From NCBI GenBank assembly GCA_965655095.1, contig OZ296655.1, forward strand, positions 34,844,001 through 34,908,000: a stretch of 64,000 nucleotides of DNA, given 5' to 3'. Of this stretch, positions 39,956 through 51,800 are shown one piece after another. Under the pieces are notes generated by a model, which saw only the letters and a list, made by a program, of their open reading frames with translations, had not been told where the DNA came from and ran no database searches. How positions within the stretch are numbered: position 1 is the first letter of the stretch; the number at the start of each line of letters is the position of its first letter. The position numbers were made by a program, and so were the translations under genes. This DNA is from Haplodiscus bocki (lineage: Eukaryota).

Positions 39956-39989
39956 GAACTTATACTTGTTTGTTCAAAAATAAGAATAA

Positions 39990-40565
39990 ATATACGTGTA
40001 ATTGTAGTTGATCTTTCATAAAGAGTTATTTGTATTCGCCCCGTATATAAGGTAAAGTGAGATTCACATCTTTTTTTAATATTTTTACAAGCTCTGGAAT
40101 TTTTTATAACTTTTTAGAAAGAATCCTTTTTTCCATCTGCTTAGGTTGATTATTATAATGTTCATATGTCATAAGATTTAGATTTGATATAAAAGTTATA
40201 TTCAATTCTAATATATGAGAGAATCTCAATCCTTGTCTTCTAAAATACTCGATTTTCCTTATTAAATTTTTTACTAGCCCTCAACGTAAACCGTTATTAT
40301 ACATTTTCTTACATTTAACAAAAATAGTAGTATCAACAGACTGTAATTTCCACTGACATACAATTTGGTAGAATTCAAAGTTTTAATTTTAATTATCAAC
40401 ATGTTTTTCTAATATTTTTTCTATATCAATGATTTGTGGATTTTTACCGCAATATTTGTTAATTATAGACTCGGATAAACACATATGTGATTTAGTATTT
40501 AAATGTTTCTTTTTATGTTTCAATTTAATTGTTTTATCACAAGAGTTACAATAATACTCACCCAT
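39990..40565 (-). pseudogene. Zinc-finger protein, ORF W-like paralogue
   Basis: MGEYYCNSCDKTIKLKHKKKHLNTKSH..FRRQGLRFSHILELNITFIS. Confidence 0.55.
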
Positions 40566-40649
40566 TGATATGAAATAATATGTATTCATATAATTATAGG
40601 AATAACAATATAAGAGAATGTGAACAAAAAATTGAAAGTTTTACAAAAA

Positions 40650-41192
40650 TCAAACACGATAACTTTCAAATTTCCTATTCAAAGAATGTCTCCAATTATG
40701 ACTAATTTTTTTGATCGAAATTTTGTTTTTGTTAATCACAGCGTTTAATTTCCATTCAACAGCATGCATATTATGTTTAATATAGAAATAATATGACATA
40801 TCTATTTTATTAGCTATTGTTATAATATTCAGTCCTTCAATATGGTTGGAATTACATCCTTTATTTTCAAAATCAGCAATTACGTTTTCTAAACAGTTCG
40901 GCCAAGAAATCATTGTTTTAGTATCAAACAGGTTAGACTTGACATATGTACTATATTGATTATCATTAAAGGCTAATTTAAAGTGACATTTGACAAAGTA
41001 ATAATCATATTCTTTATTGTGTTGAATAATGTATGCATAAAATACTTCGTCAATGTTGTTTAAGTCAGGATTGTCAATAGTTAATTCTATATGTTTACAT
41101 TTATTGAACTGTTTATGTGTATTTGAATTAAAATACTTATGTTTGCTCTTAGGTTTGATAAATTTATCACACACGTCACAATAGTAATCCAT
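40650..41192 (-). CDS. 180 aa N-terminal zinc-finger protein, ORF W-like paralogue
   Basis: Uninterrupted ORF starting MDYYCDVCDKFIKPKSKHKYFNSNTH. Confidence 0.6.
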   Translation of the reverse strand: MDYYCDVCDKFIKPKSKHKYFNSNTHKQFNKCKHIELTIDNPDLNNIDEVFYAYIIQHNKEYDYYFVKCHFKLAFNDNQYSTYVKSNLFDTKTMISWPNCLENVIADFENKGCNSNHIEGLNIITIANKIDMSYYFYIKHNMHAVEWKLNAVINKNKISIKKISHNWRHSLNRKFESYRV

Positions 41193-41359
41193 TTAACTAG
41201 ATATTTTGTCATAAAAAAACATTAAAACGAATATACTTCAAGATTCTGTTAACTTTGTTGATAACACAAAGAAACCAAATAAATAATTTAAAATAAGTTT
41301 ACTTTTGTTTGTTATTTTTTTATGTTTGTTTTGATTTTTTGTTTTATTTAAATATCTAA

Positions 41360-41821
41360 ATGAATAACACTTTTTCTCTACAACAAATATCCAGAACTGG
41401 CAATCTTGACAGTAATTTGATATCTCGACAATACAAACGAAAATTAATGGCTGATTTTATGCGGATGAAATATGAAAATCCAAAACTGAAGCAATCTGAA
41501 ATAGCAAATCAATTAGGTTACTCTTCTTCTACTTTACAAAGATACAGAAATGATTAAAGTATGCTTTCACCGTACAGAATTAACCCAAATAAAACCAATA
41601 AACAAACAAAAAAGCCCTCAAATACTAATTTTGACAGCAATTCACATCGCGAACATGATGTTAAAAGACCTCAAATGACCTCAAATGACTTTAAAACAAC
41701 TCAAACAAACATAAAATCAAATAGAAAAAACAAAAATATTCTAAAACCTGGATCTGTGTTTGAGAATATTGAAATTAATGATCAACTTTTAGATGAAATT
41801 TTGGATATTAACGAAATATAA
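41360..41821 (+). pseudogene. Putative helix-turn-helix DNA-binding protein
   Basis: PKLKQSEIANQLGYSSSTLQRY has an HTH pattern. One in-frame stop at 41555-41557. Confidence 0.6.
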
Positions 41822-42586
41822 ATGGATTTTAGCAATGCAAATAATCTCTACTGAAGGAACAGTAAGAAACGATACAATGGTTGATAAAAAAATTTTAACA
41901 ATCAATCTTTATCAACACAAGCCACAAAGGGTGCAACAATCAGTTAGCGTGATGCCTGCTATTAAAAAAGCCCTATCACTACTGGGCGACATCATTGAAT
42001 TCTCCACCGAAAATGATGCTTTAAAAACAAAACAGGCTCTGTTGATGAGAAATGGTTACAAGAATCTAAAGCGAAACTATTAAAACAGTTCGATGATGAG
42101 AAAAGAGCAAATTTAATTATGTCCAGATTGAAAAAACAAATGGAAAAACATTAAATAAATGGCCTATATATCTCATAATAAATTATGGTAAAGTGAATTC
42201 GATAATATCATTTTTAGAAGAGATAAATTACAAGATTTAAATATTAACCAAAAAGAACTCGAAGTACACGATACTTATAAAAAAATAAAAAATTAACAAA
42301 AAATGTTGAAGCTATTATTGACATAGGTGTTATAAACAAAGTTTTTTTAAATGGAAAATTATTAAAAACAAACGGTCAGTTATCAATATTAGAAAAAGTT
42401 TACAACGAAATTAAATCACAATACAACGAAGAATCAGTAGAACAAATTTTAATTCGAAGAGCTGTGAAAACACTATCCAAATTTCGTACGATAAGGGTTT
42501 AATTGATAATTATACCAATGTTGATATAGTTTCAGAAGGTTTTTTGTTTACCACAAGACGTAGACCTGATTTATCAGAGCAAGTAA

Positions 42587-43005
42587 ATGATGACATTCAA
42601 TGATTTTGTTCATAAACACAATTTAAAAAATAAAGCAACATCAAATGTAAAATTTTATCAAATCCGTTGTTGTTTTGGTTTGAACAATGTTGGTATATAT
42701 CTATGAGACGGACCTTTTCCATTTGGTATAGGAATAGTCAATTTACATCCTTCAAAACGAACACATTGGGTTTGTTATATAAACGAAAAATATTTCGATA
42801 GTTACGTTTGTGCTCCTCTTAAAAAACTATCTAAAATTATTATAAAACGAAATGGATATTGTTTATACTCTGAATATCAAACTCAAAAAATGATAGTTTT
42901 TGTGCAATTTATTGTTTATATACAAATTAGTTAACAAAAGTGATAGGTATTGATTTTAAATCTGCTGTTTTGAATTTGTTTTATCAAAGAATTTCTAGAA
43001 TATAA
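42587..43005 (+). pseudogene. Adenain-like maturation cysteine protease
   Basis: GIVNLHPSKRTHWVCYINEKYFDSY..QTQK..DSFCAIYCLY shows His, Asp, Gln and Cys in catalytic order. Confidence 0.85.
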
Positions 43006-43197
43006 ATGACATTAAGAAAAATAACAATTTATAATACTGTTAGATATTTTTCAATAAGTGAAAAGATTAAAAGAAAGAGATACTAAACAAAAAACATTAA
43101 ACAGTGGTTCACTTCCTTGTGAACAAAACAAAAATATATCACAAAACAATAAAAGTTTCCTGAAAAAAGTGGCAGCACAAGGATTTGGAGTAATTAA

Positions 43198-44275
43198 ATG
43201 AAGAATGAATTGTTACTTTCAATTTAAAAAAGTACTGATACGTTGATTGAACAAACAAAAACAAAACCACAAGAGACTCTTGACTTAAAAATGAATAAGC
43301 AAATGCAAACTTTTTCGTTTACTCCTCCAATTAATTTGGTTGAAGAAGGTAATTGGTTACTAACAGTGACTTCTTTGAAGCAACAAACTCTGTTTATATT
43401 ATAACTAAAGAAAACAACTCTTTTTCATTAACTACACCTTGTCAACAATGGAACTCTGAATCGGCCGAAAAGAAACTATTGACGAACTAAATAAATTATT
43501 AGACCTTAGATCTGAAATTGATATTGATTTAAATGTTGAACAAGTTAGAAAAAAAGGGATAATTTTAATAAAAGACAACTCTTTATCCAGACTTGGTTCT
43601 TTTAAAATTGAAGTACTTGAAGACTCAAAAAATGCAAAATACAATGACCTTGAAGGTATTGTATATAGATTCCAACTAACATATGATTAAAATATAGATA
43701 TATTAGACCTGAAACATATTCCAACAACGACTGTAGGATATACTCCACCACCTGGTACGTAAGAAATGATTGATATTAGTTTTATGTTGAAGTCTTTTCT
43801 TCCTAAAGAGGTAAAAGTAAATTTCACAATTCATGATGTTAAACTAAAATGAAATTTAACCACCAATAGAACAATAAAGTTAACGAAAAAGTCTTTTCTT
43901 ATACAATACTTGGTTCTATCGAAAGTCATTCAGGAGAATTCAGTGAAATTCCAGGTTTTGTTCAATTAATACTAGGTAATCATAAAAATGATAAACCTCC
44001 TAACATTAAGTATTGATAAAGTTCAACTGAAATGTGATTGTGTTAATGGATCTTTTGTTAATGGTACCGAGAACCTATTTTATACTCTTTTGCTTGGTCT
44101 TCGCCACCCGGGCTTAAAAAATACAATGAAACTAGAATCAAACTTTTTGAAAAGGTAAAAAAATCTACTCTACCTCATGTCGGTTTTTATCTAGAAGACA
44201 TTGATTATAAAGCAGTTGATTTTAACGGTGAAGCAATAAGTTTTACTTGCCAACTGATCAAATTTTTACAAATAG
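43198..44275 (+). pseudogene. Minor capsid (penton) protein 1
   Basis: FSFTPPINLVEEGNWL; IDKVQLKCDCVNGSFVNG..PILYSF..FYLED..VDFNGEAISFTCQLIK. Confidence 0.78.
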
Positions 44276-45398
44276 ATGAACTTAAATATGATTAGACCTA
44301 AAAACAAAACAGAAAATTTATTAATTTCAATAATTAAAATTGGTGAAAAGATCATAGAACATACTCATAGAAAACCAAAAGAAGCATTGGAATTCAAACT
44401 TACAAAATCCAGAGAAACATTCCATTTCAACCCACCAGTTGAGGTTGAAGAAAAATGGATGATTGGTTTAATAGATCTAGAAGCTTACAATACTATTTTT
44501 AAAATAACGGAAGAAAATAATAAATTTGGACTTTAAACAGTACGTCTTGAAGATGAGTTTTCATACACTCAATTGAAAATCAAGGTCGCAAAAAAACTTG
44601 GTCTTTCAGATATCTCACTCGAGGATCTTTTACACGAAATACGAGGACCAAATAGTAAAAAAATTTATAGAAAACCATAAACAGAAAAAAGTCATACTGT
44701 TGGTTATTATTAATTATTAAAGGATTATGTTCATTCATCATTTCAAGATTCTGAAATTTATCATGGAATTGTACTTGGTTTAGATGAAAATGATATTCAA
44801 TTAAGTTTAAAACAATATAATTCAAAATTTACCACATACAAATATTCTCCCGGCGCATCCTTTTTTAAAGATCTATCTGAACTTCTGTCAAGAGTTTTTC
44901 TTAAAAACAAGATTGAAGTCATAGGAGGATTACAAACAAATCGTGAAAATTATAAATCTAATTCAATTATCATCGATAGTGATAACGTTTCCTTGATAAC
45001 TAGATTGAGACTAAACCCATGGTTCAATGTTTTGAGGTTTGATAAAAAGTCGTTTTTTAATACAATCTTAGGTTTTACTCCATATTGGGATTATAAAGGT
45101 AATAAGTACTTCAGTGAGAAAAATAGAAATTTGAGTAAAATAAAAAAAATCATTTAAAATGTGATGTTACTGATGGTTCAGTAGTGAATGGAAGACAAGA
45201 TCCAATATTGTACAGTTTTGTTTTAGATAAACCCAGCAGTTATAAATTGTTTTCCACAACAGAAACATTACACTACAAAAAAAATAAATAAGTTTGTTTT
45301 GAATACTATATCGTTTTTTTTTAGAAGATGATAATAACGAAGAAGTTGATTTTAATAGAGAAACGTTGACATTTACATTACAAATGACTCAAATTTGA
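44276..45398 (+). pseudogene. Minor capsid (penton) protein 2
   Basis: FHFNPPVEVEEKWMIGLIDLEAYNTIFKITEENNKF; HLKCDVTDGSVVNGRQDPILYSFVLDKP..LEDDNNEEVDFNRETLTFTLQ. Confidence 0.78.
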
Positions 45399-45499
45399 TC
45401 TATTAAAAGAGCTTTCAAAAATTTAAAACTAATAGTTTTTGTGTTGGTCAAAAACACTACAGTGGTACAAAGAACATTTTTGGTGAGATAACTTTTGAT

Positions 45500-45825
45500 A
45501 AAAAGACTGGTAAAGGTATTAATTTATTAAATGGACAATGTTCAGTTTGTAATAGAAAAAAATCAATGATTGTTAGTGATAATACTATTCAAGCTGATGG
45601 ATTAGGTAGTTTATTCGAAAATCTGTGAAGAACATCTACCAAAGCTGGTTAAAGATTAGCTACCAATGTATTAAAAAATCCACGTAGAGTTTTGGAAACT
45701 ACATCAAACATTGTAACAGCGGCCGCAACTAAAAGCCCAAAAGCAGTTTTATCATCATCATCTGAAGTAATCAATTTTTACCACACAGGAAAAGGGCATT
45801 ATCGAGGCAAATTTGTATTAATTAT
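45500..45825 (+). pseudogene. Small protein with CxxC and amphipathic region, possibly virion core
   Basis: GQCSVCNRKKSMIVSDNTIQADGLGSLFENL..LATNVLKNP. Confidence 0.4.
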
Positions 45826-45834
45826 ACTATATAA

Positions 45835-46360
45835 ATGGAGCGAAAAACGGAAAGATTATACCCAAGCGCACCATTATTATAATTTTTTAATTCAAAACAA
45901 AGACTACAAAAGAAAATAAATGATGTTAACAGATTTAATAACTCAATTACCAACATTAAAGAAATGATCACATACTTCAAAGACAAAAACCATAAATGAA
46001 AAAAGAAATACAAAAACTATAAAACTCTAAACACAGTTTTAGAAGCAGTAGACTCAATCGTTATCATCGGAGCAACTTCTTTAACTCTATCGATTACTGG
46101 TGTAGGTTCGACTTTTTTACCAATTTCAGCTGGTATTGCTTGTACTCTATCATTAGGTAACAAAAAATTACATAAGTTAATCATAAACAAATACAACAAT
46201 TACAAAAAACATTCTGGAAAAGATCAACAAACTATTAATTTTTTGACAAATTATACAGAAAAACTTTACAAGATAATGTAATTGATAAAAAAAACTCGAA
46301 AGTTTGTGTAATCTTTTTACTAATTATATTGATGAAAACAAAAATGAATCTTTTTTATGA
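45835..46360 (+). pseudogene. Predicted membrane protein with N-terminal YPSAP motif
   Basis: MERKTERLYPSAPLL, a basic helix, then hydrophobic VIIGATSLTLSITGVGSTFLPISAGIACTLSLG. Confidence 0.55.
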
Positions 46361-46449
46361 AAATGAATATAAAGGTAAAATTAATTTTTTTTAGTAACAG
46401 TAAATAAAATTTTCAACTTTGAGCTTAAAAAAAATTGCATATGTTTTGA

Positions 46450-46690
46450 TCTATAACTGTTCTGTTCTGTTAACCATCTGTTTTTTTTTAATAGTAACTT
46501 TTCTGTTCACTTGTTTTGTTATAAGTAGTTATTAACTGTTCTGTTCTGTTCTGTTATAAATAGTTGATAACTGTTCTGTTCAGTTGTTCTGTTCATTTGT
46601 TCTGTTCTGTTATAACTACTTATTAACTGTTTTGTTCAGTTGTTCTATTCTGTTTACTTGTTTTGTTCAGTTGTTCTGTTTGTTCTGGAG
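46450..46690. repeat. Low-complexity (ctgtt)n-rich repeat
   Basis: Repeated aactgttctgttctgtt and cagttgttct. Confidence 0.8.
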
Positions 46691-46708
46691 ATAAAACTTA
46701 CATAATAA

Positions 46709-47440
46709 ATGAATCGAATTTGTAACAGTTGTGACATAGAAATAGACGAAATTAACTACTTGAAAGGTTGAACTGTTTGCAAAAGTTGTTACAACAAAAG
46801 TAGAAGAAAAAACCAACAACCAAACATCTGTAAGATCAACAATAACAATGGCAACAACCCTCATGTTTCAACGTATGAAAATCACGCCTATGTTGTTTTT
46901 GGCCCAAGAAACGTTGGTAAAACCTTTTAAATGCTCAAAATGCTAAAAAAAAACAAATAATAAAAGACCTATTCAAATAATAACCTGATCTCCAAAATCA
47001 ATAACCAAATTATGAAACAAGTAATGAAATTATGCCAATAAAAAAATACAAAGGATCAATTGTAATTTTTGACGACATGTTTGGAGCTCGAAACAGTTCT
47101 CAAAAAGATAAATTCTACACGGGAAGTAGACATGAAGTTTTAAGTGTGCTTTACGTTAGCCAGAGCTATTTTGGTTTACCGAGACAAAGCCTTAGAAATA
47201 ACAGTAATAGATTAAAACTGTATTATAAAAATTAAGAGATGTTCAAAGTATGTACTATGATATCGGAGCTTATGGTATGAAATATGAGAAGATAAAGAAA
47301 TGTGTCATAAGGCTTGGAGTGGAAGGTGTAACTATCTTTGTTTTGATATGACTAAAAATAAAAATGAAGGCAATCATCGTATTTTGAAAGAAAGCAAAAC
47401 CACATATATTGAATGCAGTCCCAAAACTGGACCTTTTTAT
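46709..47440 (+). pseudogene. A32-type packaging ATPase with N-terminal C4 zinc ribbon, element C
   Basis: CNSC..CKSC, Walker A GPRNVGKT, Walker B IVIFDD and GSRH..YVSQSY..LRNNSN. Confidence 0.9.
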
Positions 47441-47448
47441 TAAAATAA

Positions 47449-48137
47449 ATGTTGTATCCAATTGAAAGCAAAGAAGAGTTAGAAAAATTAAACGAGTTAG
47501 TCCCGTTACAAAATCAAGTACAAGAAGATAGATTACAAGATAAGCTTGGTGAGCAGAACTTTCATGAAGACGTGAAAAAAGTATTTGAACCTGTCATTAA
47601 TTCTATTATTGATGTCTCTGAAGAGGTAACGAAAACAATAACAGAAACTTCAAAAATAACAACAAAGCACTAGAAAACTTAAACAACAAAATTCTAGAAA
47701 TAGTGAATGATAGAGGTAAAATAGCATTCTATTTGATGTCTCCTTTATCTAAAATCACTAATCCAGAAAATATTACTCAATTCGAATTAGTAAAAGATTC
47801 TAGCTCAAATAGAGTCAATGATTTGTTAATACACAATACATTTCCAAATATTTTACACGACACTTTGTTAACTTTTCGTGATACAAGTAAAGTATTCGAA
47901 TTAAAAGGAGATCTTTTGAAAATTATAACTAGTAAAAACTATAATGTTGATCTCGCTAGTTTATCGGATAAGAAATTAATGGATAATTTCGCAAAAAGAA
48001 TGAATTTTAATATAAAAGCACAAGGTAACAGATCAACTCGAGATAGAACTCTTATAAATTTACTTAAATCACCAGTTTAACAGTTTCTGCTTCAGTTGTT
48101 TCAAAAACAATAAATTTAGCATCTGATCCTGACGAAT
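47449..48137 (+). pseudogene. ORF X homologue, C-terminally truncated
   Basis: LQDKLGEQNFHEDVKKVFEPV and FRDTSKVFELKGDLL align with ORF X of element A. Confidence 0.65.
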
Positions 48138-48139
48138 AA

Positions 48140-48459
48140 TTCTATTCCGCGATCACTTTCGATTAAATTTGGTTTTCTTTTTGAACTTACCAAAATATTA
48201 TCGAAAAAGTCCATTTTTGTCTGACCATTTTTTATTTTTGAGAAGAATTGTCCAACCAAATTTACTGAATTTGTCGATTACTACCAAAAACCTATCTGTA
48301 TCCTCTGATATTTTCAGGACCGTAATCTTTTATGTCTAATATATCTAAACTCCAAATTTCATCAGAATAATAAACATCTGTCTTGTTTGTGGGATAATTC
48401 TTTTTAGGTGGTTTGCTATAAGTTTCGTTTGAAAACATTTTAATTGTTTTCTGAGCCAT
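48140..48459 (-). pseudogene. rve integrase, N-terminal half
   Basis: YSKPPKKNYPTNKTDVYYSDEIWSLDILDIKDYGPEN..VVIDKFSKFGWT..RKPNLIESDRG. Confidence 0.88.
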
Positions 48460-48846
48460 TTATGAATTAGTAGTTTTTATTATTTCAATAGCTTCTGTTA
48501 ATTTTTCTTACTTTTTATTGAGTTCTTCTCTTTGTTGTTTATATATTTTTCTTTCATATTTTTTATTTGGCTGGTTTAATTTCGACTTTGCAAGTAATGG
48601 ATCTCTATTTTTTTCATAATGTAACTTCCGTTGATTTGATAATTTATGTTTATTCTCATAGTGACGTTGTAAACTTCTTTTAAAATTACACTAATTACAT
48701 TCTCTATATTTGTCGTAAAAATTATCAATACTTTTTTCAGTATTGCAAATAACACAAAGTTTACTTTCTGTTTAAATATTATGTTTTCATTTTGTTTTCA
48801 TTCATTTTACTTCAATAAATTAATACTATATAAATAGAGACGCAAA

Positions 48847-51800
48847 ATGGAAAAGAGCCGCACATGTGATGTGTGTAATGTTGATGTTCACAGAGCATCT
48901 ATGCAAAAACATCTAAGAAGTAAAATAACTTTTAGAAAATGAAAAACAAAATCAAATGATTATACCAGAATGGTTATTTAAAGAAGAGCAAACACCTATT
49001 TAAAAAAAAGTTAAAAAATTATATAACCCTAAAACACTAAAACAGATAGCCAGAGAGAATACTAAAAGGAATGATAAAGAATTACAAAAAGAATTAGCTA
49101 TGAAGGTGATTAATCCATAATATTTCTTTAATAAAAAATTAAAAGATGGTTTCAAAAAAAATTAGAAAGTCACATTATTAATCATGCGAATTCCATCTTT
49201 ACCATTACACAAAAGTATACAGATTTCGGAATTGGAACAAACTATATTAGAAAATTTTTAAAAGAGAAGTCTACTATTTACGCTAGATTATTAAATCAAT
49301 ATAAATTTAAAAATATAAAATTTTCAGCTAGCTTTTATACGAATAATGAAGAAGATCAATGACGTGATGAAACTGAATTGTTTATTAGTTTGAATGTTAA
49401 TCATAATTTAACAGAATCCGATTTTGATAAAATTGACGTTAAATCTCAATTAGAACATCACTTTCGAATTCAAGAAACAAAGGAATCAGGCTGGATTATT
49501 GATAAAACTAATTCAATGAAAATAAGATTTTATAAACCTGATGAATTGAATGGTTCGTGTTATGTTAAAAATCTATTGAGATCAAACGCTATCTTAAATA
49601 TACAAAATAGTGATAAATATTGTTTTTTATGGTCAGTATTAGCTTATTTACATCCTTGTGAAAACAGTCATCCATCAAGAGTAAGAAATTGTATACAAAA
49701 TTTTAATGAAATAAAGAATGAGGGCTTTGATTTTACAAATGGATTCGGATGTAGTGTGTTGCAAAGATTTGAGAAATTAAACAATTTATCTATAAACATT
49801 TTTGAATTAAAATTTTATCAAGATAAAAAGAAATGGAAACTTAATTTATTTCCTACTGAGATTAGTAAAAGTGAATCAGAAAGAGTTGTAGACCTACTAA
49901 TCTGTGGAAATCATTATGCTCCCAATAAAAAATTAATTGTATTTTAAGGAGATCATCACAAAAATGTTGTATCTAGACGATATTAAATTTCATATACAAG
50001 TGAAAATATGTTAATGATATAGAAACCAAAATGTGAAAATAATGATATAACTACTCTCAGAACTTCATCTGAATCTCATCGTCATTGGAAGGATCATTTT
50101 CATAAAAATCTTTTATATTTTAGAATATATGCAGATTTCAAAGCTGATAATGAAAAAGATAATTCTAGTGTAGGTAATAAAACAACTAAAATTTATAAAC
50201 AAATACCAGTTCTTAATGGTTATCGTATAGAATCTGAAGTGGAAGATGTTTTACAGAGTGGTTATTATAAATCTCATTTAGGTTATAATAATGTAGATTG
50301 GTTTGTTAATGAGGCTGCAAGCTTAGAACATAAGATGAATTTTAAACTTTAAAGGTACTCAAAAAAGATATCATATTGACAGAAGAAGATGAAGAAGATT
50401 TTAAAAATAATAATATTTTTCGATTTTGTGAAAAAAAATTGAATCTGATAAAGTTTAGGTCCTTGTCATTTGACTGGTGAATACAAAAGTCCAGCTCATA
50501 GTAATTGTAGTATAAATGCTACTCAAGATCAGAGTAATATTATATCCTTTATATTTCACAATTTTAGTAATTATGATTGTCAACAGTTTTTTAAAAAGTT
50601 AGTTGAAAAAAAAGAATGATAAAGTAAAATTTAAAACTATATTTAAAACAGATGAAGAACATATTTCAATCAAGTAAGGTTGTATTAGGTTTATAGATAG
50701 TTATAGATTCTGATCAAGTAGTTTAAATAAATTGGTTAAAACTTTAGTTGATAATATTCATAAAACATTGAAAGATTTCAATGAAAAAATTGTTGATAAT
50801 GATGAAATATTAAACCTTGTTAATGAAATAAAGTTATTGATTGAAGAAGTTAGGTAAATTATTGATTCATTTAAAGATTTAAAGAAAGTTTGTCAAAAAG
50901 AAATTAGAAAAAAAGAAGCTTTACTTAATTATATGAGTGAAAACGCTCTTAAAATATTAAAAACAGAAATTCCTGACAATAAGTGGAAGTATTTAACTAA
51001 GAAATTAGCATATCTATATGAATATTGTAATAGTCTTGATGAATATCAAAAACCTGTTGACAATTTAAAAAAAAAGATTTCTCAAGTAAATTGAAGAATA
51101 AATGTCCTGATAATGAAGAGATAGAACGAACAAAACAAATTATCAAAAGATTCATTATTAAAAAAGGAAAAGAACTAACACAACTATAATTAAAAAGTGA
51201 TGTTTTAGTACTTGCATTGGTTTTTGAGAAGTTTATAAAAGTATCAGTGAACGAATTTGGTATTAATCTTCTATATTGTGTTAGTTTACCAGGTTATTCT
51301 TGGCAATGTGGATTGAAAAAGACAGGAATAAACTTACAAACACTCCAAGATAAAGATTAAATTTTAACATTAGAAAATAAAAATAGAGGAGGTATAAGCA
51401 GTGTTTTGGGAGATGGTTATTTAAAATCAGATGAAAATAAAATGGTGATTTATATGGATGCTACTAATTTATATGGACATTCTATGATCCAACCGTTACC
51501 TTATGATGAAATTGGGATGTGGCATGCTCATCCAGATCTTTATATGAAGAAATCGGAAGAATTTTTAGTTACTCCATATGATAGTGATATAGGATATTTC
51601 ATTGAAGTTGATTTAAAATATTCTGATATTATGAAAGCAAAAACAAAAGACTTTCCATTTTGTCCCGATAACAAAATTATTCACAAAGATAAATAAAATG
51701 AATAAATGAAAAAGATAAAACCTGAGATTTATACAAAAGCTAAGAAATTAACATGTGATTAGACTGATAAGAAAAAATAATTGGTTCAATATAGAATTTT

